The translations under genes and the position numbers were made by a program. A model generated the notes under the pieces. The model had not been told where the DNA came from and searched no databases. It was given only the letters and a program-made list of their open reading frames with translations. 64,000 nt of DNA from an uncultured Pseudomonadota bacterium. GTDB lineage: Bacteria > Pseudomonadota > Alphaproteobacteria > JACZXZ01. The stretch spans positions 768,001 to 832,000 of the forward strand of contig CAVVLJ010000020.1 in assembly GCA_963749075.1 (NCBI GenBank), in the 5' to 3' direction. Below are positions 47,797-57,201 of this stretch, in pieces. Each line of letters begins with the position of its first letter. Position 1 is the stretch's first letter.

Positions 47797-48480
47797 TCAG
47801 CCCCCCGGCCCCTTGAGGCCCCAGACGCAGTATTGGGCGCCCGCCGGAAGCCAGCCGAGCGCGCGCTCGGCGCGCTCGATGAGCCTGTGACGGAAGGGCG
47901 AGAAGCCGATGTAGCGCCGGCCCGCGACCGACGCGCCGCCTTGGACGAGGAGCAGTGCTGCCTCCCGGCTGCCCAGCAGCACGGCGTCGGCGTCGAAGGC
48001 GCAGCGCGACACGATGCGCCGCGTCACGGGGTTGAGCGGATTGTGCTCGATCACGATGGCGGCTCCCCGCGGGCGCAGCGGACGCAGCATCTCCGCCACG
48101 AAGCCGCGCCGTGCCTCCGGCGGCACGTGATGCAGCACGCAAATCGCGAACACCGCGTCGAGCGACGCATCGGCGAAGGGCAGATGCCGCCCGTCGTAAT
48201 GGACGAAGTTCGTCGCGGGCGAGCGCTCGCGGGCAAGCTCAAGCGAGCGGCGGCTCACGTCGGCGGCGCTGAGCTCTTTGACCTTTGGCTCGAGCTCGCA
48301 GTCGATCAGGCCTATGCCGCAGCCGATGTCGAGCACGCGCAGTCCTGCGGGCTCGCCCACCGATCTCGCGAGCACCTCGAGGATGAGGCGCGCCTTCTCC
48401 GCGGCGAGGCCCTCGACCGAGACGCCCGCGACCGCCTCGACGGCGTCGCGATACGCGTCGGCATGCCGGTCAAAGTCCAT
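47797..48480 (-). CDS. Class I SAM methyltransferase
   Basis: MDFDRHADAY, VLDIGCGIG, CVLHHVP, IEHNPLNP, GAQY. Confidence 0.9.
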   Translation of the reverse strand: MDFDRHADAYRDAVEAVAGVSVEGLAAEKARLILEVLARSVGEPAGLRVLDIGCGIGLIDCELEPKVKELSAADVSRRSLELARERSPATNFVHYDGRHLPFADASLDAVFAICVLHHVPPEARRGFVAEMLRPLRPRGAAIVIEHNPLNPVTRRIVSRCAFDADAVLLGSREAALLLVQGGASVAGRRYIGFSPFRHRLIERAERALGWLPAGAQYCVWGLKGPGG

Positions 48481-49510
48481 CGCCCATATCCGGCGGCCGC
48501 CCCTCGCCGCCGAGCGGCAACACGACGTCCGCGACCGCCTGGGTGGCGCGGGCCCCGCCCTCGCGTCCCGCCGCCTCCGCGCGGTCGACGAAGCGCTCCA
48601 CGATGGCAAGCGGCTGCGGCTTCACCTGGCGATAGATGCGCGCCAGATACTCGCCGATGATGCCGAGGAAGATGGCATTCGCCGCGAGCGAGACGAGCAT
48701 GAGAAAGGCGAGCGTGGCAAAACCCGCCGGCCACGGCCTGCCGTAGGCAAGCCACAGCACGAAATAGACCATGATGGCCAAGACGGCGAGGAGCGCCAGA
48801 GCGCCGCCGACGACGCTCGCGAGCCTGAGGGGGAGGATCGAGTGGCTGACGATACCGTCGAGCGCCAGATCCAAAAGGCTGCCGAAGCCGAAGGCGCTCT
48901 TTCCGCGCTGGCGCTCGGCACGGTCGTAATCGACCCCGATCTGCCTGTAGCCGAGCGTCGCAATGAAGCCCCGGAGATAGGGGTTCTCGTCGCGGTAGCT
49001 GTGCAGCAGGTCGAGGACGCAGCGGTCGACGAGCCGGAAGTCGCCTGCATCGTGCGGCAGCTCGTCGCTGCTGAGCAGCGCGATGAGCCGGTAAAACAAA
49101 CGCCGCGCGCCGTGGAGGTAAAAAGGCTCGGGACGGGAGCGGCGCACGCCGTAGACGATCTTGTAGCCGGCCTCCCATAGCTTGACGAACTCGAGGATGA
49201 GCTCGGGCGGATCCTGCAGGTCGCAGTCGATCTGCACCGCGGCGTCGCCTCGCGCCAGCCGGTAGCCGGTGAGGATCGAGCGCTGGAAGCCGAAGTTCCG
49301 CGTGAAGCGGTAGGCGCGCACCCTGGCATCGCGCGCCGCGAGCCGCTCGAGGCGTTCGAAGGTGCCGTCGCTGCTGCAATTGTCGGTGAAGACGAACTCC
49401 CAGGCGTAGCGGTCGGCGATGCCGTCGAGCACGCGGGTGACGGCGTCGTAGAGCGGCTCGACGTTCGCTTCTTCATTGTAGACGGGGACGACGATGGAGA
49501 GCAGCCTCAT
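48470..49510 (-). CDS. GtrB-like GT2 polyprenyl-phosphate glycosyltransferase
   Basis: SIVVPVYNEE, RNFGFQRS, IDCDLQDPPELI, AGDFRL, two TM helices, LGIIGEYLARIY. Confidence 0.92.
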   Translation of the reverse strand: MRLLSIVVPVYNEEANVEPLYDAVTRVLDGIADRYAWEFVFTDNCSSDGTFERLERLAARDARVRAYRFTRNFGFQRSILTGYRLARGDAAVQIDCDLQDPPELILEFVKLWEAGYKIVYGVRRSRPEPFYLHGARRLFYRLIALLSSDELPHDAGDFRLVDRCVLDLLHSYRDENPYLRGFIATLGYRQIGVDYDRAERQRGKSAFGFGSLLDLALDGIVSHSILPLRLASVVGGALALLAVLAIMVYFVLWLAYGRPWPAGFATLAFLMLVSLAANAIFLGIIGEYLARIYRQVKPQPLAIVERFVDRAEAAGREGGARATQAVADVVLPLGGEGRPPDMGDGL

Positions 49511-50637
49511 GGCGCCGCCCGCGCGGCCGCGGACCGCGGCGCCGCGTCGCCCGTCTCGCGGCAGGCGGCCTCGAACTCGGCGATCTGAGCCTCGCTCGCG
49601 CGAATGGCGTCGTCGCCGTGCTCGATGACGCGGCGATACCAATCGACGGTGAGCTCGATCGTGCGATCGATGGCCAATGCCGGCCGCCAGCCGAGCTCGC
49701 GCGCCGCCTTCGCCGAATCGAGGGCCAAGGTTTCCGCCTCCGGCACGCCCGCCTCGCCCTGCTCCTCGCCGGCGCTGCCCCTTCCCCAGCGGGCATGCAC
49801 GAGGCGGGCGAGCTCGCGCACCTCGGTCGTCCGGCGCGGATCGGGACCGAAGTTCCACGGCCCCTCGTAGCGCTCCGGCTCGCCGTGCAAGGCGCGCGCG
49901 AGGAGGAGATAGCCGTGGAGCGGGTCGAGCACGTGCTGCCAAGGCCGCGTCGCCGCGGGATGGCGGAGCTTGACCGGCTGGCCGGCGGCAAGGGCGCGCA
50001 CGATATCCGGCACGATCCGCCGCGGCGCCCAATCGCCGCCCCCGATGACGTTGCCCGCCCGCGCCGTCGCCAAGGCGGGCAGCCGGCCGTGCCGCAGGCT
50101 GCGCCGCCACGCCGCGGTCACGAGCTCCGAACAGGCCTTGCTCGCGCTGTAAGGGTCGTTGCCGCCGAGCGGGTCGTCCTCGCGGAAAGGCAGCTTGCGG
50201 CCCGCGTTCGCGTAGCACTTGTCGCTCGTGACGTTGAGCACGGCTCGCGTGGCAGCCGTGCCGCAGGCGGCGTCGAGCACGTGGGCGGTGCCCATGACGT
50301 TGACCGCGAAAGTGCCGATCGGATCGTCGCCGGAGCGCCCGACGAGGGACTGGGCGGCGAGATGAATGACGATCTCGGGCCGATGCGCGGCGAGCGCTTC
50401 CTTGACGAGGGCGCCGTCGCGCACGTCGATGGCAAGCGAGACCGCGACTGCGGGCTGAAAGAGGGCGCGGCTCGGATCGTCCGCCTCGGGCAGACTCAAG
50501 CCCACGACCCGCGCGCCGAGCCGGGTCAGCCAGAGCGAAAGCCAGGCCCCTTTGAACCCGGTATGCCCGGTCACCAGCACGGTCTTGCCCGCGTAGAAGT
50601 CCGCCAATCGGTCGCTCTTGTCCGCGCTTGTGCGCAT
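49507..50637 (-). CDS. rfbG: CDP-glucose 4,6-dehydratase
   Basis: VLVTGHTGFKGAWL, HLAAQSLV, TSDKCY, DPYSASKAC, RAGNVIGGGDW, RPWQHVLDPL. Confidence 0.95.
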   Translation of the reverse strand: MRTSADKSDRLADFYAGKTVLVTGHTGFKGAWLSLWLTRLGARVVGLSLPEADDPSRALFQPAVAVSLAIDVRDGALVKEALAAHRPEIVIHLAAQSLVGRSGDDPIGTFAVNVMGTAHVLDAACGTAATRAVLNVTSDKCYANAGRKLPFREDDPLGGNDPYSASKACSELVTAAWRRSLRHGRLPALATARAGNVIGGGDWAPRRIVPDIVRALAAGQPVKLRHPAATRPWQHVLDPLHGYLLLARALHGEPERYEGPWNFGPDPRRTTEVRELARLVHARWGRGSAGEEQGEAGVPEAETLALDSAKAARELGWRPALAIDRTIELTVDWYRRVIEHGDDAIRASEAQIAEFEAACRETGDAAPRSAAARAAP

Positions 50638-50701
50638 CTTGGGCCTAGGCTCCTCGCCGTTGCCGAATGTCCATTGTAATCCGGCGCTTACGACATCACC
50701 A

Positions 50702-50741
50702 GCCCGGCGGCCCGGCGGCCCGGCGGCCCGGCGGCCCGGCG
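50702..50741. repeat. Tandem repeat 5 x GCCCGGCG (8 bp)
   Basis: Read directly, about 65 bp upstream of the rfbG start. Confidence 0.9.
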
Positions 50742-51039
50742 CCGCGCGCCGGCGCGGCGGCTCTTTACACGCTTCCGGCAGCGGTCTACAAAACGCGAAA
50801 TCCAGGCATTTGCCATGGAGGCCACGTGCGGAGCCTCGAAATAGGGTCTGCCCAGCTCGGTTCAACGCGCGGCGATGCCGCGGCTCATATAACGACGGCC
50901 GGTTGCGCGGACGCGTTCGGTATGCGCCGTGCCGCCGGGCGCGGGCCGCGTCGACCCCGCGCCGCTTGCGTGCAACTCTGCCGTCCACAATCAAAACCCG
51001 AGTCGCGCGGCAATAAATCAGCCTGCAGGCCTTAACGCC

Positions 51040-53325
51040 GTGTCGCTCCTGCGGGCTCTCCGCCGGACTGCGCGCGGAAGAGCTTTCTCCATCTCGATTG
51101 CCCTGTTCGTCGCGGCGGCCTCGCTGAATTACGCTCTATTTCCGGAGTTTTTACTGAGCCACTTCGACGGAATGTATTTTTATTCCGAAATGATGACGCT
51201 CTCGTCCTGGGGCGGCCCCTTCCTCGGACCCACATATACGCCGATGGAGGGCATGTATTCTTTGACCCATCCCGGCAATGCGGCTCTCATCCCCCACCTC
51301 GCACCCTATTTTCTGCTCCACGATCCGGATACTGCCATCTTCCTGAGTTATGTGATTTTCGCGACGATTTTATATGCTTCGAGCCTGTTCCTGCTCGTCA
51401 ACATCGGAGCGAACAAGTACGTCGCGATCGTCGCGTCTTTTCTCACATTTTTCATGACTGCCAATTTGCAGGCCACCCATTCGGTAGGAGGGCTGCAAAC
51501 CACCGTTGTCTATAACGCCAATTTATTGCTGGGCTTGCTGTTGTGCATCGGCCGAAGCCCCAGGCTTCTTTTCAATTCGCTCTATGCCGCGGCGTTCATC
51601 GTTCTCGCACTGCTTATTCTCGCGGCGGACCCCGCCGTCGCGACCTTGGCCGGCCCGACGTTGCTGGTGTTCGGAATAGCCGCCCTCGTCGCGTCGCGCT
51701 CGCGCTCGGAGTTGCTGTGGAAGATCGCCGCGGCCGCGGCCGCGGCATGCGCGACCGCGGGATTGTACGCGGAATATGTGATGACGCTCTTCGCATTCTC
51801 GGCGCGCGTTCTACTCTCGGGCTCGTTCGAAACATCGCCGTTTGGCTGGCGCCAGCCGGGTGTGCCGTTTTATCCCGAACATCAGCTCCAGTTTTACCTG
51901 CTCATGGCATTCAGCGGCGCGCTTTCGGCGGTGCTTCTCGGCAAAAAGACGGGGATCACGAGGCCGGTCATCACATTCGCGCTCGCCGCGCTCGCGACCA
52001 TCTTCCTTTGGTGCGCCGCCGGATTGGTCTTCATGCTTGGATGGTTTGGCTCGGACATGCCGAATTGGGCCTACTTCGACCAGGCGGCGTTCCCCATATT
52101 GTGCTTGTTCATCGTGCAAGGGTTGCGCTGCGTGGGGAGCTACCTCGCCGTCGAGAGCGAACGCACGGCGCGCCTTGGCCGGGTATTTGCGATTCTCGCC
52201 TTCCCGTTGGCCACCTATTTCCTGTGGCGCGCCCGGCTGGGTCTGCCCTGGATGACGATCTGCGCGCTCTATGCGGCGGCGAACCTTTGGTATTCGCTGG
52301 CGACCTTCTTCCAGGCGAGACGGGCCGCCCGGCCGGCGATGCGGCTTGTCGCCTGGGCTCCCCTATTGATCGCCTTTGCTGCCGTGGGCCTGCAAAATCA
52401 GGACCTCGGGATCAATGAAGCGCGTTGGACGGAACGCTTGAACCTGAGGCCCAACGACATCGAGGCGTTCCTCGCCGAGCGCACTCGGCTCACGCCGAAC
52501 GGCAAATTCAGAGGGGCCGTGGAAACGAGCTACAAAGTGACGCCAAAGCCGGCTTCCAACACGTATTATCTGCTCAATTCGTCGTTTCAGAACATCGCGG
52601 AATTCCACAATCCGCTGCAGGTCTTCAGCTGGCATCGGCTCGGGATTCCCACCCTGTCTCAATACGGGCATTACGTTACGCCCGACCTCTTTTATTTGGT
52701 CTCGCACACGCTGGATACCGGCGACATCATGCAATCGCGTAATATATTGGTGGTTACGGAGCCGAATTCCAAAATCCTCGCAATGCTGGGTGTCCGTTAT
52801 CTTGTCACCTCGACGGCGGGAAGCGCCGATTCGGCGGGGGCCGAGCTCGTGCACAAATCCGGCTCCCTCTCCGTTTTCGAATTGAAGCGGCCGAATCTTT
52901 TCGATTATAGCCCTACGATGCCCGTTCAATTCGCAAACTTTCAAGACTCTATCGGGCTCATATCGAGTCCGGCCTTCGACCCGGAGAAGGAATTCGCCGT
53001 CTATGACGCGTCGCTGGCGGGCTACGCGCTGGTGCCGGCTCGCAACGCCTCGGGCGAATTCTTGAAGCGGGGCCTGCGCGTGAAAGCGCAGGCTCCAGGC
53101 TGGGCGGTCATCGTCATGCCGCTCGACTATAGCCGCTGCCTTCGCGCGAGTGGCGATAGCGGCGATGTGAGGTTGTTTCGCTCCAATGTCGCCATGACGG
53201 GTATCCTGTTCAAAGAGGTCCTCGATGCGCGCGTAGAGATGGCTTACGGCCCACTACAAGGGATCCGGTGCCGCCGCCTGGATCTCGACGACATACGCGA
53301 CCTGCTCGCGCCGGCGCCCCCTTGA
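51040..53325 (+). CDS. Polytopic GT-C/YfhO-like membrane protein, lower GC
   Basis: TM1 then HFDG acidic loop, many TM helices, ILAMLGVRYLV, C-terminal beta-rich domain. Start uncertain. Confidence 0.72.
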   Translation: MSLLRALRRTARGRAFSISIALFVAAASLNYALFPEFLLSHFDGMYFYSEMMTLSSWGGPFLGPTYTPMEGMYSLTHPGNAALIPHLAPYFLLHDPDTAIFLSYVIFATILYASSLFLLVNIGANKYVAIVASFLTFFMTANLQATHSVGGLQTTVVYNANLLLGLLLCIGRSPRLLFNSLYAAAFIVLALLILAADPAVATLAGPTLLVFGIAALVASRSRSELLWKIAAAAAAACATAGLYAEYVMTLFAFSARVLLSGSFETSPFGWRQPGVPFYPEHQLQFYLLMAFSGALSAVLLGKKTGITRPVITFALAALATIFLWCAAGLVFMLGWFGSDMPNWAYFDQAAFPILCLFIVQGLRCVGSYLAVESERTARLGRVFAILAFPLATYFLWRARLGLPWMTICALYAAANLWYSLATFFQARRAARPAMRLVAWAPLLIAFAAVGLQNQDLGINEARWTERLNLRPNDIEAFLAERTRLTPNGKFRGAVETSYKVTPKPASNTYYLLNSSFQNIAEFHNPLQVFSWHRLGIPTLSQYGHYVTPDLFYLVSHTLDTGDIMQSRNILVVTEPNSKILAMLGVRYLVTSTAGSADSAGAELVHKSGSLSVFELKRPNLFDYSPTMPVQFANFQDSIGLISSPAFDPEKEFAVYDASLAGYALVPARNASGEFLKRGLRVKAQAPGWAVIVMPLDYSRCLRASGDSGDVRLFRSNVAMTGILFKEVLDARVEMAYGPLQGIRCRRLDLDDIRDLLAPAPP

Positions 53326-53366
53326 TCGCGCCCTCCGGCACGGGTTCCTCCAAGCGTCGCCGTACG

Positions 53367-54404
53367 TCAGCCGCCCGCGGCGCAGCGCTCCATGATCGGC
53401 CGCGCCGCTTCCAGCATGGCTCCGCTCCACGCTGAGGCACTGCGGTTGTTGAGGTGGGAGCCGTCGAAGGTACGCAGCCCCGCGATCCTCGGGGAGACGA
53501 AGCTGAGGCCGAGGTCGGAGGCCAGCGCTCGTCCGTCCTCGAGCGGCGTCTTCGCCCAGGGGACCACCGTGATCACTATGCACTCGCGGCGTACCGCGAG
53601 GCCGGCGAGAAAGCTCCGCGCGATGGCGAGCTCCTCCTGGTGGGCCCGCTCGTCGACCGGCGTCTCATAGTCGACCGGCGGCCCGTCGGCATCGGTGTCG
53701 ACGATCATCATGTGCCAGGCACCGGTGGCGCGCGAACGGGAGATGGCGAGGCCGCTGCGCATGCGCGACGGGCCAACGTCCGTCTCGCAGAGGGTTCTTG
53801 CGAGTGCGCACAGATTGCGGTCGACGATCCCCCACAACCGTTTTTCGCGGTAGACCGCGCGGCCGCCCTTGTCGAGCAGGACGGTGCGCGCCGGCGGGCT
53901 CATGTGGCTGTTGAAGAACGCGTCGGCGTTGATGATGAGCACCTTGGGCCGCAGGCGAAGATGCTTGAGCAAGGCGTCCTCGAAGACCGCGCCCTCGTCA
54001 TAGCCGAAGCCGAGCAGGTAATAGCGCAACGACGAACCGGAGAACCACCGGGCGGTCGCAGCGGACGAAAATGCCATCTGGGTGCGGCTGTTGCCGACGA
54101 ACACGACGTCGGCAGCGCGGAGATTCTCCACGACACCCGGCTCCAGGCCGAAATAGATGGCGCCATGCTCGTAGTCGGCATAGCGCGGCGCGGTGCAATA
54201 GGCGAGGTAACTGCCGTCATCGGTGACCGCAGGGCAACGGAATATGCTGTTGGTCTTGATGCCGTATGCGAAGGCCGCAAGCGCGGCAAGGACGATCGCG
54301 ATGCAATAGACGCGCAGCCACCCGCGCGCGCGTCCGGCCGGCCGCGGCCGCAGGCCACCCGCACCCGATGCCGTGACGAATCCGTCGCGAGGGACGAGGT
54401 CCAT
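53367..54404 (-). CDS. Membrane-anchored SGNH-like protein, probable O-acyltransferase partner of the MBOAT
   Basis: N-terminal TM helix, VFVGNSR (block I-like) and FDGSHLN (DxxH). Directly downstream of the MBOAT gene. Confidence 0.7.
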   Translation of the reverse strand: MDLVPRDGFVTASGAGGLRPRPAGRARGWLRVYCIAIVLAALAAFAYGIKTNSIFRCPAVTDDGSYLAYCTAPRYADYEHGAIYFGLEPGVVENLRAADVVFVGNSRTQMAFSSAATARWFSGSSLRYYLLGFGYDEGAVFEDALLKHLRLRPKVLIINADAFFNSHMSPPARTVLLDKGGRAVYREKRLWGIVDRNLCALARTLCETDVGPSRMRSGLAISRSRATGAWHMMIVDTDADGPPVDYETPVDERAHQEELAIARSFLAGLAVRRECIVITVVPWAKTPLEDGRALASDLGLSFVSPRIAGLRTFDGSHLNNRSASAWSGAMLEAARPIMERCAAGG

Positions 54405-54409
54405 GGCCC

Positions 54410-55963
54410 CTAGAATTGGAAATAGAGGAACTGCTGGTTTGCCGGGCCGTATGCAACGGACACAGCTGCCAGCCCCATCATCACGACGCCCCACGCCCAG
54501 TTGGGTACCCAGAGAAGCGAGCGCGGCCAGAGGGTGGTCTGCCGCTCGAGCGCGGGCGGGAAGCGCGACATGAGCTCCTGAGAGTTGGGCAGCAAGAAGA
54601 CGATGGCGAGGAGTGCCGAGAGCCACACGAAAGCCGCGGCCGAGACCTTGCCCGGCACGTACGGCGGCGGTTGGCCCAGAATGCCCAGGACGTTGAGGTT
54701 GTGCCAGAAGTTCGGCCGCACCACGAGATCGGCGGCGCCGAGGCCGTGGAGGCCGAAGAGGCCTTCGAGCATGCCCATGGCGGCATCGAGATTAGGCGCG
54801 CGGAAAAAAACCCAGGCCACGTACACCGCGGCGAAGGTCAGAAGCTGGGCAGCGGCGCCACGTAGCCGTCCGGCCGCGCCCAGCCTGGCGCCGACCGTGG
54901 CGTTCCACAGGTGATTGACCAGAAGATAGAGGCCGTGGAGACCGCCCCAGATCACGAAGGTCCAGGCGGCACCGTGCCACAGACCGCCCAGCAGCATGAC
55001 GATCATGAGATTGGCGTAGCGCCGCGGCGCGCCCTTGCGATTGCCGCCCAGCGGGAAATAGAGGTAATCACGCAGGAAGCGCGAGAGCGTCATGTGCCAG
55101 CGCCGCCAGAACTCGATGATGCTCCGCGACTTGTAGGGCGAGTTGAAATTCAGCGGCAGGCGGACACCGAAAATCAACGAGCCGCCGATCGCCATATCCG
55201 AGTAGCCGGAGAAATCGAAATAGATTTGCAGGCAGTACGCAAGCGTCGCCGGCAGCGCCTGGATGAAGCTGAGTGCCAGCCCCTGCGTCGCCAAATCGAA
55301 GCCGGCATTCGCGTAGTCGGCGATGCCGTCGGCCAGGACCGCTTTCTTGAATAGCCCGATGCAAAAGATCGACAGGCCCGCGGCGACGTTGGCGGGATGC
55401 ACCCGCGGGCGGCGCGCCTGACGGTCGAATTGCGGCATCATCTCCTTGTGGTGCAGCACCGGCCCGGCGATCAGATGGGGGAAGTAGCTGACGAACAACC
55501 CGTAGCGGAAGAGATTGAAGTCGCGCACCTTGCCCGCGTAAACGTCGCAGAGAAAGGCAATTTGAGTGAAGGTGAAGAACGAGATGCCGAGCGGCAGCTC
55601 GACGGGCGCGCGCTGCCACGCGCGGCCGAAGAGGGCGTAAAGATTCTCGCCCAGGAACCCCGAATATTTGAAGTAGCCGATCGCCGCGAGGTTCGCGGCG
55701 ACAGCGACGGCGAGGAGCGCTTTGGCGTGCCCGGCCCTGCCGCCGTCGCGGGCGTGCGCGATCAGTCCGCCTGCCGCGAGGTTGCAAAGGGCGGAAGCGC
55801 AGAGGAGCGGCACGTAGGAGACATCCCACCAGCCGTAGAAGAAGAGCGAGGCGGCGGTGAGCCAGATCGTGGTGAGCTTGGGCACGTGGCGCTGGATCAC
55901 CAGGTAGCCGAGGAAGGTGATCGGGAGAAAGGCGAAGAGGAAGACAGGAGAGTTGAACAGCAT
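54410..55963 (-). CDS. MBOAT family O-acyltransferase (AlgI/PatA/DltB-like)
   Basis: MLFNS..FL..FLP, LPLGISFFTF, FPHLIAGP, IYFDFSGYSDMAIG, FWRRWHMTLS, LGGLWHGAAWTF, FLYFQF. Confidence 0.95.
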   Translation of the reverse strand: MLFNSPVFLFAFLPITFLGYLVIQRHVPKLTTIWLTAASLFFYGWWDVSYVPLLCASALCNLAAGGLIAHARDGGRAGHAKALLAVAVAANLAAIGYFKYSGFLGENLYALFGRAWQRAPVELPLGISFFTFTQIAFLCDVYAGKVRDFNLFRYGLFVSYFPHLIAGPVLHHKEMMPQFDRQARRPRVHPANVAAGLSIFCIGLFKKAVLADGIADYANAGFDLATQGLALSFIQALPATLAYCLQIYFDFSGYSDMAIGGSLIFGVRLPLNFNSPYKSRSIIEFWRRWHMTLSRFLRDYLYFPLGGNRKGAPRRYANLMIVMLLGGLWHGAAWTFVIWGGLHGLYLLVNHLWNATVGARLGAAGRLRGAAAQLLTFAAVYVAWVFFRAPNLDAAMGMLEGLFGLHGLGAADLVVRPNFWHNLNVLGILGQPPPYVPGKVSAAAFVWLSALLAIVFLLPNSQELMSRFPPALERQTTLWPRSLLWVPNWAWGVVMMGLAAVSVAYGPANQQFLYFQF

Positions 55964-56370
55964 GGCTCCGGACTTTCTCTCGCACGTCATTGGCGCAAGC
56001 CGACGAGTCGCCAACTCCTCCCGGCTGCTGCGATTGGTTCGCGAGCACAGATCGCAGACGCGGCTCTGCGCGCCTGTCGGCCACGATAGACGAGCGCGCG
56101 GGGCGTAGGCAACCCGTCACCGGCCGTCCGAGCGGCTGCGGTGGCGCCCGGTTGCCGCCGAGAAGTCGGGCGAACCGGCGCGGAGCCGCGCGGCTTTCTG
56201 CCGCCCGCCGCCGTGCCGCATTGTGGCTTTTCTGCAACTCAGCGATATTGACACCAGCGATTTGCCTATGGCATGTGGACCATGGGTGGGGAGCATCGCC
56301 TGCTAGGCAATGGCCGTGCCGCAGCCTCGCGGCGCCATGTCGGTGCCGCGTCACAGTTGGCGAGTCGCGA

Positions 56371-57201
56371 ATGCCGATGACGTCGTCGCAACGAATGCCG
56401 GCCCTCTCGATCGCACTTCCGGCGCTCAACGAGGAGGACGTCATCCGCCAGGTCGCGGGCGAGATCGTCGCGGTCGTGGAGAGCCTGCTCGCCGATTGGG
56501 AGCTCATCCTGGTCGACGACGGCTCGAGCGACCGCACGGGCGCCATCATGGACGAGCTGGCGGCGGCGCACCCCAGGCTGCGCGCCGTGCACAACCGCGG
56601 CAATCTCGGCCTCGGCAACAGCTTCAAGGTCGGCTTGCGCGAGGCGCGCTTTCCCTACTACATGATGCTCTGCGGCGACGGCGGCTTTCCCGCCGCGAGC
56701 CTGCCGCCCATCCTCGCGCGCATGGGCACGGCCAACGTGGTGGTGCCCGCGATCGACAACCTCAAGGAGATCAAGACGCCGCTGCGCTACGCCATGTCGC
56801 GCAGCTACACCCTCCTCATGAACGCGCTCTTCCGCCAGCACCTCTCCTATTACAACGGCCTGCCGCTCTACCGCACGGCGCTTCTTCGCGCGCTCACCAT
56901 CACGAGCACCGGCTTCGCCTTCCAGGGCGAGATCCTGACCAAGCTCTTGAAGGCCGGCTGCAGCTACGTCGAGGTGCCGGTGCCCGGCGAGGAGCGCACC
57001 CGGCGCTCCTCGGCCCTCCGTCTCGGCAACCTCGCGAGCATCGCGCGCACGCTTCTCCGCCTCGTCGTCGAGATGCGGCGCTACGATCCGGCGGCGGTGC
57101 GCGGCGCCCGCTCGTCGGCCGCCCTCGAGGGCTCCCTGCCGCACGCCGAGCCGTCGCCCGTCCCCAGCCTGGCGAAGCGGCGAAGGGCGAACACGCTGTG
57201 A
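56371..57201 (+). CDS. DPM1-like GT2 (related to the GT2 half of 4383-6143)
   Basis: IALPALNEE, LVDDGSSDRT, NLGLG, YYNGLPLY, GFAFQGEIL. Confidence 0.88.
   Translation: MPMTSSQRMPALSIALPALNEEDVIRQVAGEIVAVVESLLADWELILVDDGSSDRTGAIMDELAAAHPRLRAVHNRGNLGLGNSFKVGLREARFPYYMMLCGDGGFPAASLPPILARMGTANVVVPAIDNLKEIKTPLRYAMSRSYTLLMNALFRQHLSYYNGLPLYRTALLRALTITSTGFAFQGEILTKLLKAGCSYVEVPVPGEERTRRSSALRLGNLASIARTLLRLVVEMRRYDPAAVRGARSSAALEGSLPHAEPSPVPSLAKRRRANTL

Noticed and set aside
56248-56280. Promoter at a perfect TTGACA upstream of the GT2-E1 operon
   Set aside because: No convincing -10 hexamer at 16-18 bp spacing.
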